Positions 1-18,215 of a stretch of 64,000 nucleotides of DNA are shown here, piece by piece. The notes beneath the pieces are model-generated. The model did not search any database. It was not told the origin of the DNA and saw only the letters and a list, made by a program, of their open reading frames with translations. Each line of letters begins with the position of its first letter. The first letter of the stretch is position 1. The translations under genes and the position numbers were made by a program. Location of the stretch: positions 77,462-141,461 of the forward strand of contig CATVTV010000003.1 of NCBI GenBank assembly GCA_958347015.1. Direction: 5' to 3'. Origin of the DNA: an uncultured Collinsella sp. (GTDB taxonomy: Bacteria; Actinomycetota; Coriobacteriia; Coriobacteriales; Coriobacteriaceae).

Positions 1-240
1 GGTGGGGTCGAGGATGTCGATGAGGCGCTTGTGGGTGCGCATCTCGAACTGCTCACGGGAGTCCTTGTTCACGTGCGGCGAGCGGATAACCGTGTACAGG
101 TTGCGCTCGGTGGGCAGGGGGACAGGACCGGAAACGCGAGCGCCGGTCTTCTGAGCGGTCTCGACGATGAGCTTCGCGGACTGATCGACGACCTCGTGAT
201 CATAGCCCTTGAGGCGAATGCGGATCTTCTGGGTAGCCAA
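1..240 (-). CDS. rpsJ: 30S ribosomal protein S10 (5' part; runs off window start)
   Basis: Manual translation from TTG at 240: [87 protein letters not shown] upstream. Confidence 0.97.
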   Translation of the reverse strand, partial: MATQKIRIRLKGYDHEVVDQSAKLIVETAQKTGARVSGPVPLPTERNLYTVIRSPHVNKDSREQFEMRTHKRLIDILDPT

Positions 241-300
241 CTTAAACCTCCAAAGAGTGCGAGAGATGTTCTCGCGGATTACGTAACAGGGAGCTCGAAC

Positions 301-2400
301 TTAGGCGTTCTTGCTCATGACCTCGTCCACGATGGACTTGGGCGCGGGCTCATAGGAGTCGAACTGCATCGTGTAAGATGCACGGCCCTGGGTCTGGGAG
401 CGAAGGTCGGTAGCGTAACCGAACATCTCGCCCAGCGGCACCTTGGCACGGATGAGCTTGCTGTTCTTGCGATCCTCCATGCCCTCGATCTTGCCGCGGC
501 GACCGGAGAGGTTGCCCATAACGTCGCCCATGTACTGCTCGGGGGTCTCGACCTCGACAGCCATGATCGGCTCGAGCAGCTGCGGGTCGGACTTCTTGAG
601 AGCGTCCTTGATAGCCATGGAACCGGCAATCTTGAAGGCGGCCTCGGAGGAGTCGACCTCGTGGTAAGAACCGTCGAACAGGGTGACCTTAACGTCGAGG
701 ACCGGGAAGCCGGCGATAACACCGGTGTTCAGGGCCTCCTGGATGCCCTTGTCAATGGACGGGATGTACTCCTTGGGCACGACGCCGCCGACGATAGCGT
801 TGACGAACTCGTAGCCGAAGCCCTCCTCCATCTTTTCGAGCTTGATGACGGCGTGGCCGTACTGACCGCGACCACCGGACTGACGGACGAACTTGCCCTC
901 AGCCTTCTCGACGTCGTGACCAGCGGTCTCGCGGTAGGCAACCTGGGGCTTACCAACGTTAGCGTCAACCTTGAACTCGCGGAGCAGACGGTCGACGATG
1001 ATCTCGAGGTGCAGCTCGCCCATGCCGGCGATGATGGTCTGGCCGGTCTCGTGGTTGGTGGACACCTGGAAGGTCGGGTCCTCCTCGGCGAGCTTGGTCA
1101 GAGCCAGGGACATCTTGTCCTGCTCAGCCTTGGTCTTGGGCTCGATGGCAACGTCGATAACGGGCTTAGCGAACTCGATCTTCTCGAGGACGATCTCCTT
1201 ACCCTCGGCGCACAGGGTGTCACCGGTGGTGGAGTTCTTAAAGCCGACGCAAGCGACGATGTCGCCGGCGGCAGCGTCGTCACGGTCGATACGCTCGGCA
1301 GCGTTCATCTCGAGGATGCGGCCGAGGCGCTCGCGCTGACCGTTGGAAGCGTTGACAACGTAGGAGCCGGACTCGGCGCGGCCGGAGTAAACGCGGACGT
1401 AGGTGAGCTTACCGACGAACGGGTCGGTCATGATCTTGAAGACCAGGCCGGAGAAGGGCTCGTCGAAGGAAGGATGACGCTGGATCTCCTCGCCGGTGTC
1501 CGGATCGGTACCGGTGACGGCCTCAACGTCAAGCGGGCTGGGCAGGTAGTCGACGACAGCGTCGAGCAGCTCCTGAACGCCCTTGTTCTTGTAGGCGGAA
1601 CCCACGAAGACGAGGTTGAGCTCGTTGGCCAGAACGCCCTTGCGCAGAGCAGCCTTGAGCTCCTCGACGGTGAAGTCCTCCTCCATGAGGATCTTCTCCA
1701 TGAGCTCATCGTCAAAGCTGGCAGCAGCGTCGAGGAGCTCCTCGCGCTTGGTGGCAGCGATGTCGGCGAACTCAGCCGGGATCTCGTCCATCGGCTCGGG
1801 GTAGGTCATGCCCTTGTCGTCGGCCTTGAAGTCCCATGCGGTCATGGTGACGAGGTCGATGACGCCCCAGAAGTTGTCCTCGGCGCCCATCGGGACCTGA
1901 GCGGCCACAGCGTTGGCGTCGAGACGATCCTTCATGGTCTCGATAGCGTTGAAGAAGTCAGCGCCCACGCGGTCATACTTGTTGATGAAGGCGATGCGGG
2001 GGACGTTGAAGGTAGAAGCCTGACGCCAAACGGTCTCAGACTGGGGCTGAACGCCGGCAACGGCGTCGAAGACGGCGACAGCGCCATCGAGGACGCGCAG
2101 GCAGCGCTCGACCTCGGCGGTGAAGTCAACGTGGCCCGGGGTGTCGATGATCTGGATGCGGTAGTCGGTACCGTCCTTCTTCCAGAAGCACGTGGTAGCA
2201 GCGGAGGTAATGGTTACGCCGCGCTCCTGCTCCTGAACCATCCAGTCCATGGTGGCAGCGCCCTCATGGACCTCACCAATCTTGTGGGTCTTACCGGTGT
2301 AGTAAAGAATACGCTCGGTCGTGGTGGTCTTACCGGCATCGATGTGGGCCATGATGCCGATGTTACGGGTATCGGAAAGCTTGTACTTAGGCTTAGCCAT
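301..2400 (-). CDS. fusA: Elongation factor G
   Basis: [33 protein letters not shown] GTPase motifs; follows rpsG. Confidence 0.99.
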   Translation of the reverse strand: MAKPKYKLSDTRNIGIMAHIDAGKTTTTERILYYTGKTHKIGEVHEGAATMDWMVQEQERGVTITSAATTCFWKKDGTDYRIQIIDTPGHVDFTAEVERCLRVLDGAVAVFDAVAGVQPQSETVWRQASTFNVPRIAFINKYDRVGADFFNAIETMKDRLDANAVAAQVPMGAEDNFWGVIDLVTMTAWDFKADDKGMTYPEPMDEIPAEFADIAATKREELLDAAASFDDELMEKILMEEDFTVEELKAALRKGVLANELNLVFVGSAYKNKGVQELLDAVVDYLPSPLDVEAVTGTDPDTGEEIQRHPSFDEPFSGLVFKIMTDPFVGKLTYVRVYSGRAESGSYVVNASNGQRERLGRILEMNAAERIDRDDAAAGDIVACVGFKNSTTGDTLCAEGKEIVLEKIEFAKPVIDVAIEPKTKAEQDKMSLALTKLAEEDPTFQVSTNHETGQTIIAGMGELHLEIIVDRLLREFKVDANVGKPQVAYRETAGHDVEKAEGKFVRQSGGRGQYGHAVIKLEKMEEGFGYEFVNAIVGGVVPKEYIPSIDKGIQEALNTGVIAGFPVLDVKVTLFDGSYHEVDSSEAAFKIAGSMAIKDALKKSDPQLLEPIMAVEVETPEQYMGDVMGNLSGRRGKIEGMEDRKNSKLIRAKVPLGEMFGYATDLRSQTQGRASYTMQFDSYEPAPKSIVDEVMSKNA

Positions 2401-2419
2401 GTTAGTTCCTTACCTTAAC

Positions 2420-2893
2420 TTACCAACGATAGTGAGAGAACGCGCGGTTGGCCTCGGCCATCTTGAAGACGTCCTCACGCTTCTTGACGGAAGCGCCCAG
2501 GCCGTTGGAAGCGTCGAGGATCTCGTTAGCGAGACGCTCGGCCATGGTCTTCTCCTTGCGAGCGCGGGAGAAGTTGACGATCCAGCGGATACCCAGAGCG
2601 GTGGAACGACGGGAGTTGACCTCCATCGGGACCTGATAGGTAGCGCCACCGACACGCTTGGGCTTAACCTCGAGCGTGGGCTTGACGTTGTCCATAGCCT
2701 TCTTGAAGGTAGCGAGAGCGTCGCCACCCTCGGACTTCTCGGCAACGATCTCGAAAGCGGTGTAAACGATGCGCTCAGCGGTGGCCTTCTTGCCGTCAAG
2801 AAGGACCTTGTTGATGAGCTGAGTCACCAGGCGGTTGTTGTAAACGGCGTCAGGCTGAACCTCACGACGATTAGCTGCTGCACGACGCGGCAT
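2420..2893 (-). CDS. rpsG: 30S ribosomal protein S7
   Basis: MPRR start, [23 protein letters not shown]. Confidence 0.99.
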   Translation of the reverse strand: MPRRAAANRREVQPDAVYNNRLVTQLINKVLLDGKKATAERIVYTAFEIVAEKSEGGDALATFKKAMDNVKPTLEVKPKRVGGATYQVPMEVNSRRSTALGIRWIVNFSRARKEKTMAERLANEILDASNGLGASVKKREDVFKMAEANRAFSHYRW

Positions 2894-2966
2894 GTGAAAT
2901 CTCCTTAAGTGTCTACCGTGCGGCGCTTAGGCGGCACACGGCGAAAGTATCAAAACGTTATCTGGC

Positions 2967-3344
2967 TTATTTAGCCTTGGGGCGCTTAGCACCGTACTTG
3001 GAACGGGCCTGCATACGGTTCTGGACCGGAGCAGCGTCGTAGGCGCCACGGATGACGTGATAACGGACACCAGGGAGGTCACGGACACGACCGCCGCGGA
3101 CGAGCACGATGGAGTGCTCCTGCAGGTTGTGGCCCTCACCCGGGATGTAAGCAGTAACTTCGATGCCGTTGACAAGGCGAACACGGGCAACCTTACGAAG
3201 AGCCGAGTTCGGCTTCTTGGGGCTCGTGGTGAAGACGCGGGTGCACACGCCGCGCTTCTGGGAGTTGTGCTGCAGAGCAGCGTTCTTGGACTTCTTGGGC
3301 ACGGAACGACGGCCCTGGCGAACCAGCTGGTTAATAGTAGGCAA
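2967..3344 (-). CDS. rpsL: 30S ribosomal protein S12 (TTG start)
   Basis: [36 protein letters not shown]. Confidence 0.99.
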   Translation of the reverse strand: MPTINQLVRQGRRSVPKKSKNAALQHNSQKRGVCTRVFTTSPKKPNSALRKVARVRLVNGIEVTAYIPGEGHNLQEHSIVLVRGGRVRDLPGVRYHVIRGAYDAAPVQNRMQARSKYGAKRPKAK

Positions 3345-3437
3345 AGCGTACTCCTTCTCGAATGATTCCAGCTTTCTGTAAAGTGCAACGGCTTGAATCG
3401 AGGGGTCAGCATCCCCCTACGAAACACGCAGTTCGAT

Positions 3438-3466
3438 AGGATACGTGGCGTTAGCTGTGCCGTCAA
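3438..3466 (-). promoter_or_regulatory. Putative housekeeping-sigma promoter of the str operon
   Basis: Minus strand TTGACG-N17-TATCCT about 95 nt upstream of rpsL. Confidence 0.65.
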
Positions 3467-3550
3467 CAGACCACGCCGCCGGGCGTATCCCAAAATAGGC
3501 ACATTTCCGCAAACCCTACACAAAAGGAATCCCCTCCTGTGCGCGATGGT

Positions 3551-3689
3551 GGATCCCCGGCCCGGGCGGCCCGCTGTTTAAGTTTGCTGCTCTACAGTCC
3601 TGCGCAAGACGGAAAGCACATTAAGTGCTTTCCTTTGCGTGCGGAACTCGCGACAAACTTAAACAGCGGGCCGCCCGGGCCGGGGATCC
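3551..3689. repeat. Long nested palindromic element, family A, copy 1
   Basis: Perfect 36-bp inverted repeat 3551-3586/3654-3689 enclosing AGTCCTG..GGAAAGCACATTAAGTGCTTTCC..CGTGCGGAA. Confidence 0.85.
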
Positions 3690-3713
3690 GACGTGCTCGT
3701 TGGGGCAACGTTC

Positions 3714-3743
3714 CCTGCCAAAAAGGGACAGGTTTATTTTGGT
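3714..3743. repeat. GGGACAGG-loop element, left end of the ECF cassette
   Basis: CCTGCCAAAAAGGGACAGGTTTATTTTGGT is the exact reverse complement of 5670-5699. Confidence 0.85.
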
Positions 3744-3815
3744 CGGTTTTATCTGGAGAAACGCTGCGCTCCAGCGGTGATCTGCTCTCATCTGTCGCAT
3801 GGAAATCGGCGGCGT

Positions 3816-3946
3816 TTTCGGAAGTATGCGGCAAATTTTGATCTTGCTGAGCACACGAGGGTTTTACGATAACAAACCCGCAGGTAGGGCGCTTGAGCAT
3901 ATACGGCGTGGTCGGCCTATCAGGATTTTGCCGCATACTTCCGAAA
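3816..3946. repeat. Spaced inverted repeat with 20-bp arms
   Basis: TTTCGGAAGTATGCGGCAAA (3816-3835) / TTTGCCGCATACTTCCGAAA (3927-3946). Confidence 0.75.
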
Positions 3947-3986
3947 TTCAGACGAATAGCGCTCGCTTTAACCGCCCATTTAACGC

Positions 3987-4020
3987 AAAATGGACCGCTT
4001 CCCCCAGTAGGAAGCGGTCC
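3987..4020 (-). terminator. Intrinsic terminator after the anti-sigma gene
   Basis: GGACCGCTTCC stem-loop followed by a short T run on the minus strand, just past the stop at 4027. Confidence 0.65.
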
Positions 4021-4026
4021 CAAATC

Positions 4027-5103
4027 TTACGAATAGACGATGGTGAAGGGTTCCGTCGTTTCGGTGCCCCCTGTTGAAGTGCAGCGTGTGCCCTCAAGCG
4101 TTACTGAGACCACTTGGTCGACATCGATCAGCTTCGTTGGCACCCAGATGTTCTCTCCGCTATTGCGCGTATAAGAAAAATATAAGTTGAACGCCCCTGC
4201 GTCGTCATCTTCGATAATCTGCTCCGATCCATCCTTGTAGGTAACCGTCAACTTCTTCGTGACTGCGTCAATGCCCAGATCATCGATGTGTGTCTGGATG
4301 GAAAACGGGCTAATCTCGAGAGGCGAGTCATCGGAGCGGAGTTCCTTTGTATCGACGTACGCTCCAACGCTAAACTCGGGCGTCGATGCCTCGAACGGCT
4401 TCGCATCCTCGCCTTCGCCCTCGGTCCACGAGATATTCCAGGTGACCGCATGTTGAAAACCTCGCTCGCGATCCATAGAAGCAAAGTACATCGTGCCATT
4501 AATGACAGTATCGCTTGATGTGTCCTTATCAATGGTGCAGCGTGTGTCAGCCCATTCCTCGCCGAAGTTCATGCTGGGTGTACCGATGCCTTGTTCTTCT
4601 TCACCATAGAGAACAAGTTCGCCTGTCTCTGCTGCCGGCTTGTAGTAGTTAACGCCATTTGGATTGGACAACGTAAACGTCACGGCTCCGCAGCCGTTTT
4701 GGTCAATAGCCATCTCATGGATATCAAGCGTATAGCCGTTACCCTCGACGGACAGATTAACCTCCTGGACTGCACCCTCCAGGCTTTGGGGCGCGATGCC
4801 ATCACCAAACTCTCTGGTGTAGGTATATTTAGTCCCCGATGAGCCACCGTTGGTCCAGTTAATGGAATCCCCATTGCCGTGGTTTCCCCAGGCTGAGGCA
4901 AAATAGCTGGAATTGACAACGGCGTAGGCGACCCCTCCGGTCGCCAACACTCCGGCAAGACATCCGATTACGGCAACATACAGAGGTTTCGCGTGACCCT
5001 TTCGACGAAGCGGCTTTCCAGCCGCAGCATCAATAACACGGTCGGCAAGATCGCTATCGGCTTGGATGGACTCGAAGGCCTGCTTGATTTGATTGGATTT
5101 CAC
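4027..5103 (-). CDS. Putative single-pass membrane anti-sigma factor
   Basis: Short cytoplasmic N-terminus, one hydrophobic helix (LYVAVIGCLAGVLATGGVAYAV), large acidic extracytoplasmic domain; overlaps the 3' end of the ECF sigma gene. Confidence 0.7.
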   Translation of the reverse strand: MKSNQIKQAFESIQADSDLADRVIDAAAGKPLRRKGHAKPLYVAVIGCLAGVLATGGVAYAVVNSSYFASAWGNHGNGDSINWTNGGSSGTKYTYTREFGDGIAPQSLEGAVQEVNLSVEGNGYTLDIHEMAIDQNGCGAVTFTLSNPNGVNYYKPAAETGELVLYGEEEQGIGTPSMNFGEEWADTRCTIDKDTSSDTVINGTMYFASMDRERGFQHAVTWNISWTEGEGEDAKPFEASTPEFSVGAYVDTKELRSDDSPLEISPFSIQTHIDDLGIDAVTKKLTVTYKDGSEQIIEDDDAGAFNLYFSYTRNSGENIWVPTKLIDVDQVVSVTLEGTRCTSTGGTETTEPFTIVYS

Positions 5104-5572
5104 GGTCGCCCTCCTCTAGGATGAATTTGAGCTTCGATCGACCACGAGCTAAACGCGTTCGAACGGTCGCGGCTGGCACATGCAGTAACTCGGCAATCTC
5201 TGAGGTCGAAAAGCCCAGATAGTAATAGAGCACGATGGGAACACGGAATCGCTCCGGAAGTCGCATAACGTCTGACAAGACCGCCTTGGTCTCATCCTGC
5301 GCCGCCGAAAGCGAATCGGTCAGACTTTCAATATCCTCCACGCGTCTCCACGGCTTTCGAAAGAGAGATTTGCATTCATTGATCGTGACCCGGATAAGCC
5401 ATCGACGAAGATGCTCCCAGCTTTCAAAATGCGTATCGCTTTTGAGCAACTTAAGAAAGACGTCTTGTGCAACATCGTCGGCATCGGCGCGATCGCGCAG
5501 GTACGTCAATGCGATTCGAAACACGACATCCCGGTGATCTTCGACCGCCTGTCTAAAAGCTTGTTCTTCCAT
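5054..5572 (-). CDS. ECF RNA polymerase sigma-70 factor
   Basis: DADDVAQDVFLK and WLIRV (region 2); EIAELLHVPAATVRTRLARGRSKLK (region 4.2); ATG at 5572 after GGAGG. Confidence 0.93.
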   Translation of the reverse strand: MEEQAFRQAVEDHRDVVFRIALTYLRDRADADDVAQDVFLKLLKSDTHFESWEHLRRWLIRVTINECKSLFRKPWRRVEDIESLTDSLSAAQDETKAVLSDVMRLPERFRVPIVLYYYLGFSTSEIAELLHVPAATVRTRLARGRSKLKFILEEGDREIQSNQAGLRVHPSR

Positions 5573-5669
5573 AATCACCTCCCGGTGACGTTAATGATTC
5601 TTGATGAGGCCCTCACCATAGATACGCTTTGACCGAACGAAATGTTTCAAATTCAAGCATGAATAACCT

Positions 5670-5699
5670 ACCAAAATAAACCTGTCCCTTTTTGGCAGG
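5670..5699. repeat. GGGACAGG-loop element, right end of the ECF cassette (inverted)
   Basis: Reverse complement of 3714-3743. Confidence 0.85.
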
Positions 5700-5710
5700 T
5701 TTTCTTCAAC

Positions 5711-5747
5711 AAAAAAGACCCGCTCCCCTGTTGGGAAGCGGGTCTTT
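5711..5747 (-). terminator. rpoC intrinsic terminator
   Basis: AAAGACCCGCT..AGCGGGTCTTT stem plus poly-T on the minus strand. Confidence 0.85.
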
Positions 5748-5773
5748 GGAAGGACGGTTAACGTACTAGGAAA

Positions 5774-10252
<4,479 letters not shown>

Positions 10253-10258
10253 AGTCAA

Positions 10259-13750
<3,492 letters not shown>

Positions 13751-14013
13751 CAGGTTTTTCCTCCTTCACGGAAATGCTCGGTGGGTTGGCGAGGCATGGC
13801 TTCGCCAGTTATCGCAACCTAATAGTTTATCAGGTACCGACCGTTGGGCAAGAAAAGCCTTGACGCGATTGAGTTTTTGGAGTAGCAAAGTTTTTCGACA
13901 GAAAACACGCAGGTAGATAGGCATATATCGAACACCTGTTCATATATTTTCTGTGAACGAAACCGCCGATGCGCACCACTGAACGGCGGAATGGCGGCAA
14001 GGGTTGATCAGGC

Positions 14014-14183
14014 GGAAACTGCGTCCCGTTTTGAGGCCTCAAACTGGGACGCAGTTTCCGGTTGAACCCTGTTTGGGAAAGCATATCCCGTTCTGAGCCG
14101 ATATTCCGGGTCGCGCTTTCCGTTAGGGGCCCCAACCGGAAAGCGCATCCCAGAATTCGAGCAAATTGTGGGTCGCACTTTCC
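14014..14183. repeat. 62-bp-period palindromic array, family B, 3 units
   Basis: GGAAA..CCC-N18-GGG..TTTCC units starting at 14014, 14076, 14138. Confidence 0.85.
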
Positions 14184-14258
14184 GGAGCCAAGCCGCGGCG
14201 CGCATAAAAAATGGGTGCAGACCGAAGTCCGCACCCGTAAATGTCGATGCCCGAAGGC

Positions 14259-15167
14259 TTATTTGCGCATCAAGCCGCCGCGCTCGTCGATGGCGTCCCA
14301 GAAGGCGCTGGCAAAGCGAGGATCGCTTGCGGCCATGAGAGCGTTGGTGGCCATCCAGCCAGACGGGGTGCCGGTGTCGTAGCCCGACAGCGGGTCGATA
14401 ACGACAGCGTACATGGCCTCGCGGTCGAGCGAGCGGGCCATGGCGTCGGTGAGCTGAATCTCGCCGCCCTTGCCGGCCTGCTGATCGGCGAGCAGGTCCA
14501 TGACCAGCGGGCTCAGCAGGTAGCGACCGACGATGTACAGGTTGGAAGGAGCCGCCTCGGGAGCAGGCTTCTCGACCAGACCGCCGATGCGCCAGACAGC
14601 GCCCGGCTCGGCATCGGCAACGCCCTCGGCGCCCTCGAGCGAACCGACGCGCTCGCCGGCGATAACGCCGTAGCGGCTGACTTCCTCGGGCGAGCAAGCA
14701 GCGACGGCGATAACCGAAGCGCCACCGTGCTCCTTGGAGACAGCAAGCATCTTGTCGCAGATGTCACGGTTGGGCACAACGTAGTCGCCCAGAAGAACCA
14801 GGAAGTTCTCCCCTGCCACAGCATCGGCGGCAGAGCGAATGGCGTGACCGAGGCCCTTGGGCTCGTACTGATAGCGGAAATCGACCGGCATACCGCCAGC
14901 GTGGGCGACGGCATCGGCGTAAGCATCCTTACCGCGCTCGCGCAGCAGGTTCTCGAGCGAACGGTCGGGCTGGAAGTAGCTCAGCAGCTCGGGCTTACCG
15001 GGAGAGGTAACGATGATGGCGTCGTCGACCTCCTCGGGGTCGAGCGCCTCCTCAACGACATACTGGATGACCGGCTTGTCGAGTACCGGCAGCATCTCTT
15101 TGGGCGTGCACTTGGTGCCAGGCAGAAAACGCGTGCCAAGACCGGCGGCGGGGATGATTGCCTTCAT
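14259..15167 (-). CDS. galU: UTP--glucose-1-phosphate uridylyltransferase
   Basis: KAIIPAAGLGTRFLPGTKCTPKEMLP, VEKP, GEIQLTDA. Confidence 0.95.
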   Translation of the reverse strand: MKAIIPAAGLGTRFLPGTKCTPKEMLPVLDKPVIQYVVEEALDPEEVDDAIIVTSPGKPELLSYFQPDRSLENLLRERGKDAYADAVAHAGGMPVDFRYQYEPKGLGHAIRSAADAVAGENFLVLLGDYVVPNRDICDKMLAVSKEHGGASVIAVAACSPEEVSRYGVIAGERVGSLEGAEGVADAEPGAVWRIGGLVEKPAPEAAPSNLYIVGRYLLSPLVMDLLADQQAGKGGEIQLTDAMARSLDREAMYAVVIDPLSGYDTGTPSGWMATNALMAASDPRFASAFWDAIDERGGLMRK

Positions 15168-15420
15168 GTTATTCAAGGATCCTTTCGCAGGCGCAGAATG
15201 CGCCCTGTGCGTGCGGCACGGCGGCCGCAGACCAAATTGCGATACCGAAGTATCTTACCGCCGGAGACATACGTCGCCGTAAGGCAAACGCAATTCTTCA
15301 GCAGGTCAACGCAAATTATTGCTCGAATGGTGCAATTTTACGCCCCAGCGGTAACGGGACTGGCACGGCGAAGACAGCAGTGTTCTGCGTGCCGAGCAAT
15401 GGGAATGAGAACTCGTAACA

Positions 15421-15452
15421 AAAAGACGGGGCTCGCAATGCGAACCCCGTCT
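15421..15452 (-). terminator. rplJL terminator
   Basis: AGACGGGG..CCCCGTCT stem with T run on the minus strand. Confidence 0.8.
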
Positions 15453-15479
15453 GCAAAGAAATCTAGCGAGAGAGCCTGA

Positions 15480-15857
15480 TTACTTGAGGGTGACAGCAGC
15501 GCCAGCAGCCTCGAGCTTCTCCTTGGCAGCCTCGGCGTCCTCCTTCTTGGCACCCTCGAGAACAGCCCTGGGAGCGCCCTCGACGACCTCCTTGGCCTCC
15601 TTCAGGCCAAGGTTGGTGAGCTCACGGACGGCCTTGATGACCTGGATCTTGTTGTCGCCGAAGCCCTCGAGCACGACGTCAAACTCGGTCTTCTCCTCGG
15701 CCTCAGCAGCGCCAGCAGCGGGAGCGGCGACAACAGCGGCAGGAGCAGCGGCGGAAACGCCGAAGGTGTCCTCGATAGCCTTGACGAGCTCGGAAGCCTC
15801 GAGAAGGGTCATTTCCTTAAGAGCATCGATGATCTCATCGGTGGTAAGCTTAGCCAT
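15480..15857 (-). CDS. rplL: 50S ribosomal protein L7/L12
   Basis: [33 protein letters not shown] at 15857. Confidence 0.98.
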   Translation of the reverse strand: MAKLTTDEIIDALKEMTLLEASELVKAIEDTFGVSAAAPAAVVAAPAAGAAEAEEKTEFDVVLEGFGDNKIQVIKAVRELTNLGLKEAKEVVEGAPRAVLEGAKKEDAEAAKEKLEAAGAAVTLK

Positions 15858-15959
15858 TTCTAAGTCCTTTCGGTTTCCGTGCGAATGCACGGAGATCAGT
15901 TAAAACACGGCGCGAATGCGCCAGGGGTGCGGCGTTGCCGCCGCGGGTGAAAACAGCGA

Positions 15960-16481
15960 CTAGGCTGCCTTCTGCTCGGAGACCTGCTGGATCGAACGAG
16001 CGAGACCAGAGGAAACGCCGTTGACGCAGACAGCGATGTCGCGAGCGAAACCGGAGATGAGACCGGCGATCTGGCCGAGAAGCTGATCCTTGGTGGGCAG
16101 CTCGGCGATAGCCTTAACATCATCAGCGGAAACGGCCTTGCCGTCGGAGATACCGCCCTTGATCTCAAGGACTCCCTTGGACTGAGCGGAGAAGTCCTTA
16201 AGGGCCTTAGCGGCCTCGACCGGCTCGGACTCGTAGAACACATAAGCGACGGGGCCGGCGAGGATCTCGTCGAGCTCGGGCTGCTCCTGGTTCTTGAGAG
16301 CGATCTTGACCAGGTTGTTCTTGTAGACCTTCATCTCGGCGCCGCACTCGCGAAGCTGATGACGCAGCTCCTGAGCCTGCTTAACCGTCAGACCGTTGTA
16401 GTTGACGACGAACAGACCGGCGTTCTCGGCGATACGGGACTCGATCTCTGCAACCTTGTCGATTTTGTACTGCTGGGGCAT
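15960..16481 (-). CDS. rplJ: 50S ribosomal protein L10
   Basis: YNGLTVKQAQELRHQLR, KVYKNNL, IAELPTKDQL; lies upstream of rplL. Confidence 0.97.
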   Translation of the reverse strand: MPQQYKIDKVAEIESRIAENAGLFVVNYNGLTVKQAQELRHQLRECGAEMKVYKNNLVKIALKNQEQPELDEILAGPVAYVFYESEPVEAAKALKDFSAQSKGVLEIKGGISDGKAVSADDVKAIAELPTKDQLLGQIAGLISGFARDIAVCVNGVSSGLARSIQQVSEQKAA

Positions 16482-16539
16482 GAATTACACCTCCTCGAAT
16501 TCTTTCCGGGCACGGTCCGCCACAAGGACGTGACGGGGG

Positions 16540-16675
16540 CATGTCCAAAAAGAAAGCCCCCGCGCTGCATGAGCGACGGGGGCGAGAAGACATATCTACT
16601 CGACCACCTCGGCTGGCGGGATATCCCATTAAGCTCGCGGGCGATGCCCGTTTGCACCGGCTGTCTCTGGCAGCG
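16540..16675 (-). promoter_or_regulatory. L10 leader (r-protein autoregulatory RNA)
   Basis: Minus strand CCAGAGACAGCCGG..TTAA..CCAGCCGAGG resembles the L10-leader core; a GC hairpin with T run follows before rplJ. Confidence 0.65.
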
Positions 16676-16716
16676 GATTCGTGCGTGAACCGAAAGTATT
16701 ATGGCGGGGACCCCGG

Positions 16717-16932
16717 CGTCGGTCAACGGGCGCGAGGATTCGTACACAAACCCTGCATACGCTCCGGCCGGGAGGGGCAGGGCGAGTTTTCCGCTCGGTC
16801 AAGTCCTGGGCTCGCACGAAGGCCACATTAAGTGGCCTTCGGCTCGTGCGGAATCTACGGAAAACTCGCCCTGCCCCTCCCGGCCGGAGCTACGTTGCCT
16901 TTGCTGCGAATCCTCGTGTCCGTTGGCCGGCG
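16717..16932. repeat. Long nested palindromic element, family A, copy 2
   Basis: Perfect 33-bp IR 16761-16793/16858-16890; outer 27-bp IR 16717-16743/16906-16932; core AGTCCTG..GAAGGCCACATTAAGTGGCCTTC..CGTGCGGAA. Confidence 0.85.
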
Positions 16933-16985
16933 CGCCCCACTCATAATGCTTGGGTCGGTAGGCTGATGTGTTGCGTCCCGTTGGG

Positions 16986-18122
16986 TTATAAGGTTGAAAT
17001 GAAGGTGGACAGGCGATTTAGGCCTTCGTCCAGATTTTGGTCGGAGACGCAGTAGCTTAGGCGGATGTGGCCTTCGGTTCCGAAGCAGTTTCCGGGGACT
17101 AGGGCTACGTTTGCTTCTTTGATGGCTTTGATGCAGAAGTCTTCGCTGGTTAGGTCGAACTTTTTGATGCTCGGGAAGGTGTAGAAGGCTCCTGCCGGTT
17201 CAACTACGTCGAGGCCCATGGCGTCTAAGGCTGCGAGCACTCGTTCGCGGCGGGCTCGGTAGACTTCGAGCATGGGGGTGGGGTCGACGGTGAGGGCTCG
17301 GGCTGCGGCATCCATTTCGAAGGAGACAGTACTCGATACTAAATACTGGTGGGCCTTTGCGATCTCGGCGATGACGGGGCTTGCCGCTGCGAGCCAGCCC
17401 AGGCGCCAGCCAGTCATAGCCCAGGGCTTGGAGAAGCTCTCGATGACGACCGTCTGCTCGCGTAGCTCTGGGTGGCGCTGGGCAAAGCGCTCGTAGCCAT
17501 CCACATAGACCAGACGGTTGTATACGTCGTCGCAGACTACGTAGATGCCCGCCTGCTCCGCCACGCGCGCCACGGCGTCGAGCGATGCCGCGTTAAGAAT
17601 GCAGCCCGTGGGATTGTTGGGCGAGCAGATAACGATGGCCTTGGTCGCCGGTGTCACGCAAGCACGAAGTGCGTTTTCGTCAATCTGGAATTGCGCAGGC
17701 TCCGTATCCAAAAAGACCGCCTGGGCGTGGTTGGCCACGACGATGCTCTCGTACAGGCCAAAGGCCGGCGTGGGGATAATGACCTCGTCGCCGGGGTTGA
17801 GCATGGCCATAAACGTAGCCGACAGGGCCTCGGTCGCGCCGTCGGTCAGGATGACCTCGTCGGCGGAAAACGCCAGGCCCGCGTCGCCCATATATGCGGA
17901 CAGCGCCTCGCGCAGGGCGGGGCGACCGTTGTTGGGCGGATAATGCGTGTCACCGCGGTCGAGCGAGGCCGTCACCTCGGCGCTAATCACGTCGGGCGTG
18001 GGAAAATCGGGCTCGCCGAGCGCAAGCGCAATGCATCCCGGATGCTGGGCGGCGAGCGCGTTGATCCGGCGGATGCCGGAGGGCTTGAGCGTGGCAAGCG
18101 AGGTATTCATGGGCAGACGCAT
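16986..18122 (-). CDS. Class I/II PLP-dependent aminotransferase (AspAT-like)
   Basis: GEPDF, SPNNPTG, DDVY, SFSKPWAMTGWRLG. Confidence 0.93.
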   Translation of the reverse strand: MRLPMNTSLATLKPSGIRRINALAAQHPGCIALALGEPDFPTPDVISAEVTASLDRGDTHYPPNNGRPALREALSAYMGDAGLAFSADEVILTDGATEALSATFMAMLNPGDEVIIPTPAFGLYESIVVANHAQAVFLDTEPAQFQIDENALRACVTPATKAIVICSPNNPTGCILNAASLDAVARVAEQAGIYVVCDDVYNRLVYVDGYERFAQRHPELREQTVVIESFSKPWAMTGWRLGWLAAASPVIAEIAKAHQYLVSSTVSFEMDAAARALTVDPTPMLEVYRARRERVLAALDAMGLDVVEPAGAFYTFPSIKKFDLTSEDFCIKAIKEANVALVPGNCFGTEGHIRLSYCVSDQNLDEGLNRLSTFISTL

Positions 18123-18215
18123 GGGGTTCCTTTCGTAAGGGTTGCACTAGGATAGCGCGGCGGAGCGCCACCAGACGGTGTAACCTAAACGGAAACCAAC
18201 CGGAAAGGAGGCGGC

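Noticed and set aside
3539..4077. Small ORFs in repeat-rich intergenic regions (also 13830-14382, 16359-17055, 24739-25201, 46607-47467)
   Set aside because: They coincide with palindromic elements, lack host-like codon bias, and resemble no family I recognise
16986..17400. Diversity-generating retroelement as the cause of the codon skew
   Set aside because: No reverse transcriptase or template/variable repeat pair; changes are synonymous and towards A, unlike A-to-N DGR mutagenesis
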